Assembly (NCBI GenBank): GCA_964394405.1
Contig: CAYMVY010000001.1
Location: forward strand, 166,546-230,545
Direction: 5' to 3'
Source of the DNA: an uncultured Gammaproteobacteria bacterium
GTDB lineage: Bacteria > Patescibacteriota > Patescibacteriia > Magasanikbacterales > UBA922
DNA: 64,000 nt
Shown here: positions 18,790 through 27,528 of the stretch, one piece after another
Layout of the letters: each line of letters opens with the position of its first letter
Position numbering within the stretch: position 1 is the first letter of the stretch
Notes under the pieces: model-generated
What the model was told of the DNA's origin: nothing
What the model saw: the letters and a program-made list of their open reading frames with translations, nothing else
Database searches by the model: none
Made by a program: the position numbers and the translations under genes

Positions 18790-19821
18790 TTAAAAAATTT
18801 TCTTCATGGGCAATACTAACACGTCTTCGACATTTTTGCAACCCGTGAAGGCCATGACCAATCGATCGACCCCGAGAGCAATTCCCGAGGATTCTGGCAT
18901 ATGTCGGAGAGCCTCAATAAATTCCTCGTCAATATCATAGACTGGTTTTCCATATTGTTTTCGCTCTTCTTGCTCTCCTACAAATCGCGCTCGCTGCTCG
19001 TCTGCGTCCGTAAGTTCCTCAAATCCATTGGCCAGCTCAATTCCATCTATATACACTTCTACTCTTCGTGCGTATTGCCCGTCTGGTGTGAGACGTGAGA
19101 GGGATGCCATGGGCGCTGGATAGTTATAAATCATAACCAATCCCATATCAACTAATTTTGGCTCAATTTCTTGCAAAAATATTCGATAAAATATTTCTTC
19201 ATATTGCTCAGCATCTTTCACGTCATACCCACGAGCCTTAGCAACGGCAACAAATTCTTCTCGCGTGACTATTGTATCAAGATCAATTGAAACAGTTTGA
19301 AGCCACAGATCTCGCATCGTAATTCGTTTCCATTTTTCTGTAGTAAACCGTTTTGCAAATTTTTCAAACTGAGGATATTGAGTAATCAATCGCTCAGCCG
19401 CAGTTTTGCTCAAATTTTCAATATCGTTCATTAAATCATCGAGTGTTGCACCGACTCGATACCACTCAGCCATCGTAAATTCAGGATGATGCAAATCAGC
19501 CATGCTTTCCTGATTACGAAATACTTTCCCAAGGTAAAATATCTTTTCAAATCCAGCAGCAAGCATTTTTTTCATAGTATATTCGGGTGACGTATGCAAA
19601 TATCCTTGAAACTGCTGTTTCTGGCTATCCTGTATAGAGATAGACATTACATCGATATTCGGCTCTTGTCCGGGATGTCGGACAATAATTGGAGATTCAA
19701 TTTCCAAAAAATGTTCCGACCAAAAAAACTCACGAATACTCCGGAGAATTTCATAGCGCGCAGAAAGAACAATTTTGTGCGCAGAAACATGATAAAGTTG
19801 TTCACCTTTCCCGATAGTCAT
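18790..19821 (-). CDS. epmA: EF-P beta-lysyl ligase (class II LysRS paralog, PoxA/GenX)
   Basis: Class II aaRS core motifs (FRNQE…, GIALGVDRLVM) without anticodon-binding domain; adjacent to efp. Confidence 0.8.
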   Translation of the reverse strand: MTIGKGEQLYHVSAHKIVLSARYEILRSIREFFWSEHFLEIESPIIVRHPGQEPNIDVMSISIQDSQKQQFQGYLHTSPEYTMKKMLAAGFEKIFYLGKVFRNQESMADLHHPEFTMAEWYRVGATLDDLMNDIENLSKTAAERLITQYPQFEKFAKRFTTEKWKRITMRDLWLQTVSIDLDTIVTREEFVAVAKARGYDVKDAEQYEEIFYRIFLQEIEPKLVDMGLVMIYNYPAPMASLSRLTPDGQYARRVEVYIDGIELANGFEELTDADEQRARFVGEQEERKQYGKPVYDIDEEFIEALRHMPESSGIALGVDRLVMAFTGCKNVEDVLVLPMKKIF

Positions 19822-19942
19822 AATAGTCGGGAGAATATAAGAAAAAAGGCTCTATGTCAATCTAGCATGTGTCCCACTTGAGCTTCTTGACTTTTATTAG
19901 CATCATTGTTATACTTGTCTTCGTTATTTTGTCCCAACTATG

Positions 19943-19995
19943 GGCCAGTAACCTGGCTGGTTAGAGCGATCCGATGTACATCGGATAGGTAGGGT
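19943..19995 (+). pseudogene. truncated tRNA-Ala-like copy (acceptor 5' half, D region, anticodon arm, variable region; T-arm replaced by GIY-YIG start)
   Basis: gggccagta-acctggctggttagagcg-atccgatgtacatcggat-aggtagggt parallels the tRNA-Ala at 20256 (gggccagta-gctcacctggtagagcg-…-aggtaggggg). Confidence 0.45.
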
Positions 19996-19998
19996 TTT

Positions 19999-20265
19999 AT
20001 GAAAGGATATCTCTACATTCTCCAGAGTAACAAAAACGGTCGATATTATATTGGAAGCACGAATAATCCAGATCGACGTTTAGAAGAACACAACGGAAAA
20101 CTCGTCACAACCACACAATATCTTGTGCCACTTAAAATGGTATTTTGCAAAGAATACCAAGAACTAAGCGAGGCACGAAATATTGAACGAAAATTAAAAA
20201 GACAAAAAAGTAGGATCTTGATAGAAAAGATAATAAAAGATCAAAATATATTCATGGGCCAGTAG
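19999..20265 (+). CDS. GIY-YIG domain protein (UPF0213-like), copy 1
   Basis: GYLYILQS…GRYYIGSTNNPDRRLEEHN = GIY-YIG motif; stop codon overlaps first 10 nt of tRNA-Ala. Confidence 0.7.
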   Translation: MKGYLYILQSNKNGRYYIGSTNNPDRRLEEHNGKLVTTTQYLVPLKMVFCKEYQELSEARNIERKLKRQKSRILIEKIIKDQNIFMGQ

Positions 20266-20331
20266 CTCACCTGGTAGAGCGCCTCGTTTGCACCGAGGAG
20301 GTAGGGGGTTCGAGTCCTCTCTGGTCCACCA
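20256..20331 (+). tRNA. tRNA-Ala(UGC) with encoded CCA
   Basis: Cloverleaf with G3:U70 identity pair, anticodon loop uuUGCac, T-loop GGTTCGAGT, 3' CCA. Confidence 0.85.
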
Positions 20332-20394
20332 GGCTTCATCCTGATTACATCAGGATTTCGCCCGGCAAGCCGTTTACATAACTTTGGAGGGAGT

Positions 20395-20679
20395 ATGTAC
20401 TACGTTTACATTTTATTGTGTAGTGATCGTACTTACTACACCGGGTATACAACTAACCTTAAGCGGAGGTTACAGGAACATGAACTGGGTCAAAATGAAA
20501 GTACGAAATACAAAAGACCGGTTCGACTCGTCTTTTTTTGTTCTTTTTCAAACATGGACAAAGCAATCCAGTTTGAAAAATATTTAAAAACAAATTCAGG
20601 ACGGGCATTTAGAAACAAACATCTGATAAATAATTCGTTATCCGAGCCTGCTCGGCGTAGCGAAGCGAAGCCGAGGTAG
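20395..20679 (+). CDS. GIY-YIG domain protein (UPF0213-like), copy 2
   Basis: MYYVYILLCSDRTYYTGYTTNLKRRLQEHE; C-terminal 10 nt overlap the tRNA-Phe 5' end. Confidence 0.65.
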   Translation: MYYVYILLCSDRTYYTGYTTNLKRRLQEHELGQNESTKYKRPVRLVFFCSFSNMDKAIQFEKYLKTNSGRAFRNKHLINNSLSEPARRSEAKPR

Positions 20680-20741
20680 CTCAGTGGTAGAGCAGAGGCC
20701 TGAAGAGCCTTGTGTCGCCAGTTCGATCCTGGCTCTCGGCA
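20670..20741 (+). tRNA. tRNA-Phe(GAA)
   Basis: gccgagg acceptor, anticodon stem gaggc/gcctt with loop cuGAAga, T-arm gccag-ttcgatc-ctggc; close to bacterial tRNA-Phe consensus. Confidence 0.8.
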
Positions 20742-20759
20742 CGGGTAAAATCGAACAAT

Positions 20760-20836
20760 CGGAGTGTAGCTCAGTTGGCTAGAGCATCTGGTTTGGGACC
20801 AGAGGGTCGAAGGTTCAAGTCCTTTCACTCCGACCA
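20760..20836 (+). tRNA. tRNA-Pro(UGG) with encoded CCA
   Basis: C1:G72 start typical of tRNA-Pro, anticodon loop uuUGGga, 3' CCA. Confidence 0.8.
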
Positions 20837-20845
20837 AAAACACAA

Positions 20846-20876
20846 AACCCTGTACCATTTCGGTGCAGGGTTTTTG
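20846..20876 (+). terminator. terminator (accctgtaccatttcggtgcagggt + T5) ending the plus-strand tRNA set
   Basis: 8-bp stem plus TTTTT. Confidence 0.65.
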
Positions 20877-20965
20877 CGTTGGCCATACAGTAGGGGACTT
20901 TTGTAATCCCATGTGTATGAGTAATATGTTGCCATATCACTCGTGAACTGTCAAACAGTTCACTG

Positions 20966-21039
20966 AGCGGTAAACCAGATTCGAACTGGCGACCTTCTCC
21001 TTGGCAAGGAGACGCTCTAACCAACTGAGCTACTACCGC
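20966..21039 (-). tRNA. tRNA-Gly(GCC)
   Basis: Reverse complement gcggtagtagctcagttggttagagcg-tctcc-ttGCCaa-ggaga…gccag-ttcgaat-ctggt-ttaccgc. Confidence 0.8.
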
Positions 21040-21122
21040 ACGTCTTCGCTACACTACACCATGCACACACCTTTGAGGTGAGCATGCTCGGCATAGTCCT
21101 CCGAAGGAGGGCGAAGTCTGAG

Positions 21123-21196
21123 TTGCGGGGGAGGGATTTGAACCCCCGACCTTCGGGTTATGGGCCCGACGAGCTGCCTGGCTGCTCTACCCCGCG
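21123..21196 (-). tRNA. initiator tRNA-fMet(CAU)
   Basis: Near-identical to E. coli tRNA-fMet: C1·A72 mismatch, three G:C pairs in anticodon stem, loop cCATaa. Confidence 0.85.
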
Positions 21197-21231
21197 ATAT
21201 ACTGAAACTATGTTAGTGGAAACTATTCCCG

Positions 21232-21303
21232 AGCGGGTAGCGGGAGTCGAACCCGCGTCATCAGTTTGGAAAACTGAGATAATAGCCGTTATACGATACC
21301 CGC
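21232..21303 (-). tRNA. tRNA-Gly(UCC)
   Basis: Reverse complement gcgggtatcgtataacggctattatctcagttTTCCaaactgatgacgcgggttcgactcccgctacccgct closely matches E. coli glyT. Confidence 0.85.
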
Positions 21304-21384
21304 GTACCATAAGTAGGACCATAATACGTGATTTTCAACGTATTGTCAATTATTAAGCACAATAGAACACGACGCAACAAGAGA

Positions 21385-21414
21385 TTGACAGTACGACGAG
21401 AGTAGTGCTAGTAT
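21385..21414 (+). promoter_or_regulatory. sigma-70-like promoter TTGACA-18-TAGTAT for the downstream plus-strand gene
   Basis: Consensus -35 hexamer and near-consensus -10 read directly. Confidence 0.4.
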
Positions 21415-21566
21415 CTATATACTATGAATTATAGAAATCAGCACTCACACACCATGATGATGCGCATGACTCTTTCTTGCGAAGGCTGATATTGTATTTA
21501 GAATCAACATCTGGCCCTCGCTACCCGAGGGTCATTTTATTTTTAAGACTGTATCGAATCACCCAT

Positions 21567-22340
21567 ATGTTTGTCACTATAATCAACGACTGCCGAGATG
21601 CAAACGCATTTGGAAGACAAGTAACACGAGTAGTAGCGCTCCTGTCATGCCCTGTATCAACCGTGGGCGTACAGAGTGATATTGAAGCTTCGGGGATGCT
21701 TGTGGATATACTTGACGCGTCACTAGGAAAAAAAGGAGTGATACTAGTAAATGTCGCGCCTCGTGAAAAAACAAAAAATAAATGGGAAAACGGCACCCCT
21801 TTTGGATATTTTTCTGTAGGAAATACAATTGTATGTTCTTCAATTGCCGGAGAAACACTACGTTTGGTTTATGAACTAGGTATCACCAATTCAATAGAGG
21901 TATTCGATATCCCAAAAGTGATGAAAAGCGCACAAAAACAAGGACTCGCCACAAAAAAAGAAGTGGAACATATTATTCATACACAATTTAGAAGTTATGA
22001 ATTCTTGCCACGCATTGCTTCATGGGTCACACAAGGATATTCATTCCCCACTCGCACTCTTAATCTAAAAAAACAATTCTCTTCTAAGCAACCAAAAGTA
22101 TGGTGGGTTGATTGTTTTGGAAATTGCAAAACTACGATTATCTCTTCAAAAACAAATGGTAAAATAAAAACAAAATTCGGAACATTTCCTCTCTTCAATC
22201 GATTAACCGATGTGCCAGACCACACCATTGCCTATGTGAAAGGAAGTTCAGGATACGGAGAAAAAAGATTTATAGAAATTGTGGTACAGGGCGATAGTGC
22301 TGCAAGAAAGCTAAAAATTGAATCTGGCAATCTACTCTAG
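21567..22340 (+). CDS. SAM hydroxide adenosyltransferase / SAM hydrolase family (DUF62) protein
   Basis: C-terminal VWWVDCFGNCKTTI…GSSGYGEKRFIEIVVQGDSAARKLKIESG matches the DUF62 C-terminal beta domain; start moved to Met at 21567. Confidence 0.45.
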   Translation: MFVTIINDCRDANAFGRQVTRVVALLSCPVSTVGVQSDIEASGMLVDILDASLGKKGVILVNVAPREKTKNKWENGTPFGYFSVGNTIVCSSIAGETLRLVYELGITNSIEVFDIPKVMKSAQKQGLATKKEVEHIIHTQFRSYEFLPRIASWVTQGYSFPTRTLNLKKQFSSKQPKVWWVDCFGNCKTTIISSKTNGKIKTKFGTFPLFNRLTDVPDHTIAYVKGSSGYGEKRFIEIVVQGDSAARKLKIESGNLL

Positions 22341-24031
22341 ATTCCGTGTGTGGAGTAGCGCATCTTGAGCTCATTATCCTGATCTTTGCGTAAATGAGAA
22401 AACGTTCGAGCTGTCCAAGGCTTTTTGAGTAATACTTCAGAAATCCATTGCCCTCCAAGCAGATGAGGCATCATCACAAATGTAGCACCCGAACGATACA
22501 TTTCTTTTGCCCGATCCATATCATACAAATTTCCAATAATGCACGTTTGCGATGAACTTCTCCGAACATGAGAAATCAACGCAAGCTGATCTTCAAAACT
22601 AGGAATAGTGGAAATAATAATTTTGGATTTTTCCAAATGTAAACTTTCCAAAAACTCCACATCTGCAGCATCACCAAAATATGCAGTAATTCCTTGGCGT
22701 CGGAGCTTAGTAATCGTCTCAGGATTATAATCAACTACAGCAAACGAAATCTTTTGTGAGATAAGCACCTGGGCTATTTTCCACCCAATTCGATGATACC
22801 CAAATATCCATGCATCGACTTTCTGTGGATGAGTCTCTCTCTGTTGATACTTATCACGACCAAATAATGTAAAGACAGGGAGCAACAGGCGGTATAATTG
22901 CTCACTATACGTAATCATATATGAGGATACAAAGATGGTGGTGAGGGCTACTATTGTAAACACAGGTAATTCTCTCCCATCAATATGACCCAATTTAATA
23001 CCCGTGAGAAGTAGAATAAAACCAAACTCACTCACCTGTGCCGCCGTCACTCCCGCAAGAAAACTATTTCGTCTCGTAAATTTAAGTTTTCTGAATGTGT
23101 AATACAAAATAAAAGGATTGCCGAAGAGTATAAACAGTGAAAAAATAATTCCTGGTAATGCGACGGCTCGCACATCGGTTATAATCATTTGAGCTCCGAG
23201 AATGATAAAAAATAATACAATAAAAAAATCGCGCAATGGCTTGATACGACTAATAATTTCAGGCTGGTATTTGGAAGAACCAAGAGTAAGTCCTGCAATA
23301 ATTGCACCAATCTCCAGTGAAAAACCTGCCCAATACAACAAACTAGCGAGCCAAAAACACCACGAGAGGGTAAAAATAAACAAAAATTCAGCCGACCGAG
23401 CGACCTGATCCAATATCCACGAAAGTGCATATTTACTCAATACATACACCAAAGCAATAAGCGCAAACCCTTTAAGAATTAAAGCACCAAAATGTTCAGT
23501 GACAGAACCCGATGTTTCTCCAAATGTCGCAAGAGCAACCATGATAATAATTGCAACAATGTCTTGTACGATCATGAGCCCAAACACATGTCGCCCATAC
23601 ACTGTCTCGGTATCTTTTTTATCAGTAAGCAATTTGACGATAATAATCGTACTAGAGAATGTGAGTGCAACTGCCAAATATGTAGATGAAACCCACGAAA
23701 AGCCCAGTAATCGCGCAATCACTACGCCAATACTTGCAGTAAACACTACTTGCGCAAGCCCAGTAATCGCTGATGATTTTCCAATAGCCTTAATGTGCGA
23801 CATATTAAGACTAAGTCCGACCATAAAGAGCAAAAGTATTACCCCAAACTCTGCAAATGTTTTAAACGTAGTACTCCCCTCTCCAATCAATCCAAAAACC
23901 AGCGGGCCAGCAATAATTCCTGCCATGATATAGGCAATAAGCATGGGTTGTCGTAAAAACCTGACAACGCATGCAATGGTCACGGTAATTCCCAAAAGTA
24001 TAGATATTTCAAAAAAAATATTGTGTGGCAT
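22337..24031 (-). CDS. CPA2-family monovalent cation:proton antiporter with C-terminal TrkA-N (RCK) domain
   Basis: 12-13 TM Na/H-exchanger domain followed by a Rossmann RCK domain (FAVVDYNPETITKLRRQGITAYFGDAAD). Confidence 0.8.
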   Translation of the reverse strand: MPHNIFFEISILLGITVTIACVVRFLRQPMLIAYIMAGIIAGPLVFGLIGEGSTTFKTFAEFGVILLLFMVGLSLNMSHIKAIGKSSAITGLAQVVFTASIGVVIARLLGFSWVSSTYLAVALTFSSTIIIVKLLTDKKDTETVYGRHVFGLMIVQDIVAIIIMVALATFGETSGSVTEHFGALILKGFALIALVYVLSKYALSWILDQVARSAEFLFIFTLSWCFWLASLLYWAGFSLEIGAIIAGLTLGSSKYQPEIISRIKPLRDFFIVLFFIILGAQMIITDVRAVALPGIIFSLFILFGNPFILYYTFRKLKFTRRNSFLAGVTAAQVSEFGFILLLTGIKLGHIDGRELPVFTIVALTTIFVSSYMITYSEQLYRLLLPVFTLFGRDKYQQRETHPQKVDAWIFGYHRIGWKIAQVLISQKISFAVVDYNPETITKLRRQGITAYFGDAADVEFLESLHLEKSKIIISTIPSFEDQLALISHVRRSSSQTCIIGNLYDMDRAKEMYRSGATFVMMPHLLGGQWISEVLLKKPWTARTFSHLRKDQDNELKMRYSTHGI

Positions 24032-24089
24032 AAAAAATACTATAGTGCATCAAAGTATACCACATAACACATTTTACGTACTACGTATC

Positions 24090-24218
24090 AAAAAAATCTC
24101 AAAACTTAAAATTCAAAACTAAAAACTATAACTCAAATTTTAAAACTTTATCTTGAGCTTACCGAAAGATTTTAATTTTTAGTTCCAGTTTTGCGTTTTG
24201 AGATTTGAGTTTTAACAT
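24090..24218. repeat. long imperfect inverted low-complexity element built from caaaact units (…ctcaaaacttaaaattcaaaactaaaaact… / …agttccagttttgcgttttgagatttgagtttt)
   Basis: A-rich arm switches to complementary T-rich arm around a central region; same architecture recurs at 47076, 53214 and 53985 with different unit sequences. Confidence 0.5.
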
Positions 24219-27200
24219 TTATGTAAACTTATTCTTCAATATCTCCTTAATTCTTCCCCCATACAATTTAACTCCCAAAATAACCGCAAGTCCTGCAAGC
24301 AAAAGCACGACAGCGCGTATGATTTCAATTCGAGAATAACCTTCCCCTTCTTCTACCATTTCTACCATCGCAACTTTCTCCCCTTTTATCACCCCCTCGA
24401 TCCGCACATCTTTCATATCACGCGGAGAAACCATATACCCACTCTTGGTTTCCTGCACGATTCCAGTTACCGAAACACGTGCCCCTTCAGTAAAAAGTGA
24501 TTTATCAATTCCAGATCCTCCACGAATATAGAGTCGCACTTCATCAGTACCATCATCAAGATATACATATGAACCTTTGATGCCCGTCACCTCCCCTGTG
24601 ATCTCGGTTAGCCAGCCCTCATACGGCTCATCAATATCAGCAATAGCAAGCTCAAGCGGAGTGTAGGTCTCGCTCTTTCCCACAATTGATATATCAGTAG
24701 CCGCATCAATTTTCAATCGCGCTTCCCCAGAAGTTTCAGCTAGTTCGCCCGTGATTTTTACCTTATCTCCACGAGCAAGTGTAGGAAAATCTTTTTTATA
24801 TGAATAAATCTGCAATCCCGGAGATCCTGCAATATAAAAATACTGCGAACTCATGACACCAGGCTCTACAACCACCGTTCCAGTTAAAGATACAACCGTT
24901 CCCACATCAAAATTCCGCACGTCAGTAAGTGTCGTCTCTACTTTTGGTTTTGTAGCAATTGTCTTCACCTTCGACTTTACAACCTCGACTGTTGGAACCA
25001 GTGGATTCTTCTCCCCTGGAGTAAGTTCCGCAGTCCAGAACCACATATCACCTCCATACGTATATGACTTCCCTTCTTTTGAAGAAGCATATTCTATTTC
25101 GTACAAAACCAATCCATCAGAATCGATAATCCATACACTCTCTCCAGAATTAGTAAGCGAAAGTTTTGTGTCTTTTGAATAAAACGCTCGATATTCCCCT
25201 TTTTTCAGAATTGTTTCTTCTGGAAATAGATATGGCTTTGAACCACCCTCACCATCATCCAGTGATAATCCTGCCAAATAAATATCTCGATCATGCGGAT
25301 TAAAAAGTTCAATGTATTCATTCTTCGTATCGCTTCCTAGAGGATTAGGTAATATTTCCACAATTACCGGAATAAACTCCGGAGAATAACTATGTTCAAT
25401 AATCCCAAAACCAACTTCTTCTACTGACGACGAAGAAGTTGAAATCGTAGTGGTAGTAGACACGCGGGAAATTATTTTTTCTGTTTTAAAAAAAATATTT
25501 TCACCACCCTTGGTGATCGTCTCAGTAATGATAAAATCTTCTTCATAATTCCCCGAATCTTTGCCTGATATACGCATGAGAGAAGTTCCCTTCGGAGGAG
25601 CTTTAGCAGCCACATCTTCACCATTCCATTCTCCATATACCACTCGATCAATTTCTGTACCGCTCGGATCAGTAAGGGTAAGCAAATCACCAGAATTATT
25701 CAGACTACCTTTGGGTTTTTCTATGACAAAAAATTGTCTCGAAGCAATCGTGCCAGTTAATGTAGTTTTTGCAAGACTTCCGTCCTGAAAAATCCAACCA
25801 TCAAGAGAAATAGACGAACTTGTTATATTTAACAATTCCACAAACTCAGTCTGGTTATCAGAAGGAATTGAGACAAATTCATTAATCAGAATACTCCCTT
25901 CGGCAAATGCTGGCTTAGGTGTTTCAAGAGTTACCACAGATGAATTATTCCCGCCTGTCTGAATTGGTGAAGAAACTACTACTTTTGGAGTAATATTATT
26001 TGGACTTCCGGGTGTCGGAGTAATTGTATAGGCAAAATCTGTGTGATCAATAGTAGTATCTTCCCCATCACTCACCCGAGCGACCGAATGTCCTTTACTG
26101 GGTATTGGAGCCGCACTATTGTCTTCCCCATAAACTACTGCATCAATAATTTCTTGTCCTGCATTTTTTAGTACAATCGAATCGCCCGACTGATTCAGCT
26201 TACTTGAAGATAAATAAACTAACCGGAATCCTGATGTTTCAATCGTTCCAGTAACTGTGGCAATTTTACCCACACCATCATAGAGTGTACATCCATCAAG
26301 CAACACATCTTCTTCTCCTGCATTATACAATTCAATCCACTCTTTCTCTCCGGAATTCGGATCACTCAAAAATTCATTAATAACAATTTTTAGTGTACTA
26401 CTCGGCGCTTCGTCACCACCCCCCTCCTCTTCATCTTCTGGTTCAGGAATTACAGATGGCAGAATTTCAATGGTATGGAAAACCGTACTCGAAGCCTGCT
26501 CTGTATCATACACAGTGAGTATTACCTGTTTAGTCCCCGTAGTTGCAAATGCATATACGACACTCACACCCTCATACATCTCATTTTCAATTATCCATAC
26601 ATACCGCTCAATACCACTCTCGAGATCAGATGAACCAGAAGCATCAAAAAATATTGATTCATCTACCAGTACACTCTGTGGTCCATCAATACGGGCACTC
26701 GGGGCATGATTTACAATCTCTTCCTCAGAATCAGTCCACCAATAATTTTGCGTGCCTGGAGTCGAGGAGACTGGATGTTCTTTCCATTGGAAAATATCAT
26801 CAGACTCGCCTATGTCACTAATCCGCTCAAGTGAATTATTGTTTACACCAGCGTATACAAATTTTTCTACAAAATCATCACTACCACTTCCCTTCTTAAT
26901 CCCAATTTCTTCTCCAGTTTTAGTAAGCGTAGTCCACACACTATCGAATACAGTTGAAGTAGTGTCTGGATGATCTGCAAAAAATACCCTATCGTTTTGT
27001 GCAATAACTGCATAAGTACCTGGAAGAAGAATGGTCGAAGTAATCGTACTGCTCGGACTTATCGTGAGTCCATGATTCGCCCCTCCCTCCCAAAATTTCC
27101 ATCCAGTTAAATCTACAGCCTCAGCGCTTTTATTATAAATCTCAATCCACTGATGATCACTCGAGGCACATCCGCTCGGACATATTTCAGTGATGATAAT

Positions 27201-27296
27201 ATTCTCCGAAACTGTCTTTACATTTTTTGTGAATAAAAAAATACTTAATGCAATCACAAATACAATAAGTACTATTTCCCTCCATTGTTCTTTCAT
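24219..27296 (-). CDS. large cell-surface protein with multiple lamin-tail-domain (LTD) repeats, N- and C-terminal membrane anchors
   Basis: 1025 aa; N-terminal signal/TM; repeated LTD signatures INEFLSDPNSGEKEWIELYN, EFVELLN, EYIELFN; C-terminal TM IIRAVVLLLAGLAVILGV. Confidence 0.65.
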   Translation of the reverse strand: MKEQWREIVLIVFVIALSIFLFTKNVKTVSENIIITEICPSGCASSDHQWIEIYNKSAEAVDLTGWKFWEGGANHGLTISPSSTITSTILLPGTYAVIAQNDRVFFADHPDTTSTVFDSVWTTLTKTGEEIGIKKGSGSDDFVEKFVYAGVNNNSLERISDIGESDDIFQWKEHPVSSTPGTQNYWWTDSEEEIVNHAPSARIDGPQSVLVDESIFFDASGSSDLESGIERYVWIIENEMYEGVSVVYAFATTGTKQVILTVYDTEQASSTVFHTIEILPSVIPEPEDEEEGGGDEAPSSTLKIVINEFLSDPNSGEKEWIELYNAGEEDVLLDGCTLYDGVGKIATVTGTIETSGFRLVYLSSSKLNQSGDSIVLKNAGQEIIDAVVYGEDNSAAPIPSKGHSVARVSDGEDTTIDHTDFAYTITPTPGSPNNITPKVVVSSPIQTGGNNSSVVTLETPKPAFAEGSILINEFVSIPSDNQTEFVELLNITSSSISLDGWIFQDGSLAKTTLTGTIASRQFFVIEKPKGSLNNSGDLLTLTDPSGTEIDRVVYGEWNGEDVAAKAPPKGTSLMRISGKDSGNYEEDFIITETITKGGENIFFKTEKIISRVSTTTTISTSSSSVEEVGFGIIEHSYSPEFIPVIVEILPNPLGSDTKNEYIELFNPHDRDIYLAGLSLDDGEGGSKPYLFPEETILKKGEYRAFYSKDTKLSLTNSGESVWIIDSDGLVLYEIEYASSKEGKSYTYGGDMWFWTAELTPGEKNPLVPTVEVVKSKVKTIATKPKVETTLTDVRNFDVGTVVSLTGTVVVEPGVMSSQYFYIAGSPGLQIYSYKKDFPTLARGDKVKITGELAETSGEARLKIDAATDISIVGKSETYTPLELAIADIDEPYEGWLTEITGEVTGIKGSYVYLDDGTDEVRLYIRGGSGIDKSLFTEGARVSVTGIVQETKSGYMVSPRDMKDVRIEGVIKGEKVAMVEMVEEGEGYSRIEIIRAVVLLLAGLAVILGVKLYGGRIKEILKNKFT

Positions 27297-27365
27297 ACCC
27301 CTCCGTATGTTAGAAATAAATTGTTGATAAATTCAATATACCACACTCAGAAAGCAACGTAAACT

Positions 27366-27420
27366 CCCTCCCCTCTTAGGGGAGGGCCAGAGTGGGGTTA
27401 AACCTATAAAACAAAAAAAC
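27366..27420. repeat. G-rich REP-like hairpin element copy 2 (ccctcccct-ctt-aggggaggg + agtggggtt + aaaacaaaaaaa)
   Basis: Same stem as copy 1 at 647; loop is the reverse complement (ctt vs aag) while flanks keep orientation. Confidence 0.6.
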
Positions 27421-27528
27421 ACCTTTCGGTGATCTATTTTTCAGAATTGAGTCAGACGGGCCACGCGAAATGCGCAGCCCGCCCGTTCATCTACGACCCC
27501 CGAATTAGGGTCGCAGGTTCGACATGGT

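Noticed and set aside
24090-24218. CRISPR array interpretation of the short tandem-unit regions
   Set aside because: Units are only 6-7 bp and have no unique spacers. They are paired with a reverse-complement arm and lie in hairpin geometry rather than repeat-spacer geometry. No cas genes are present in the window.
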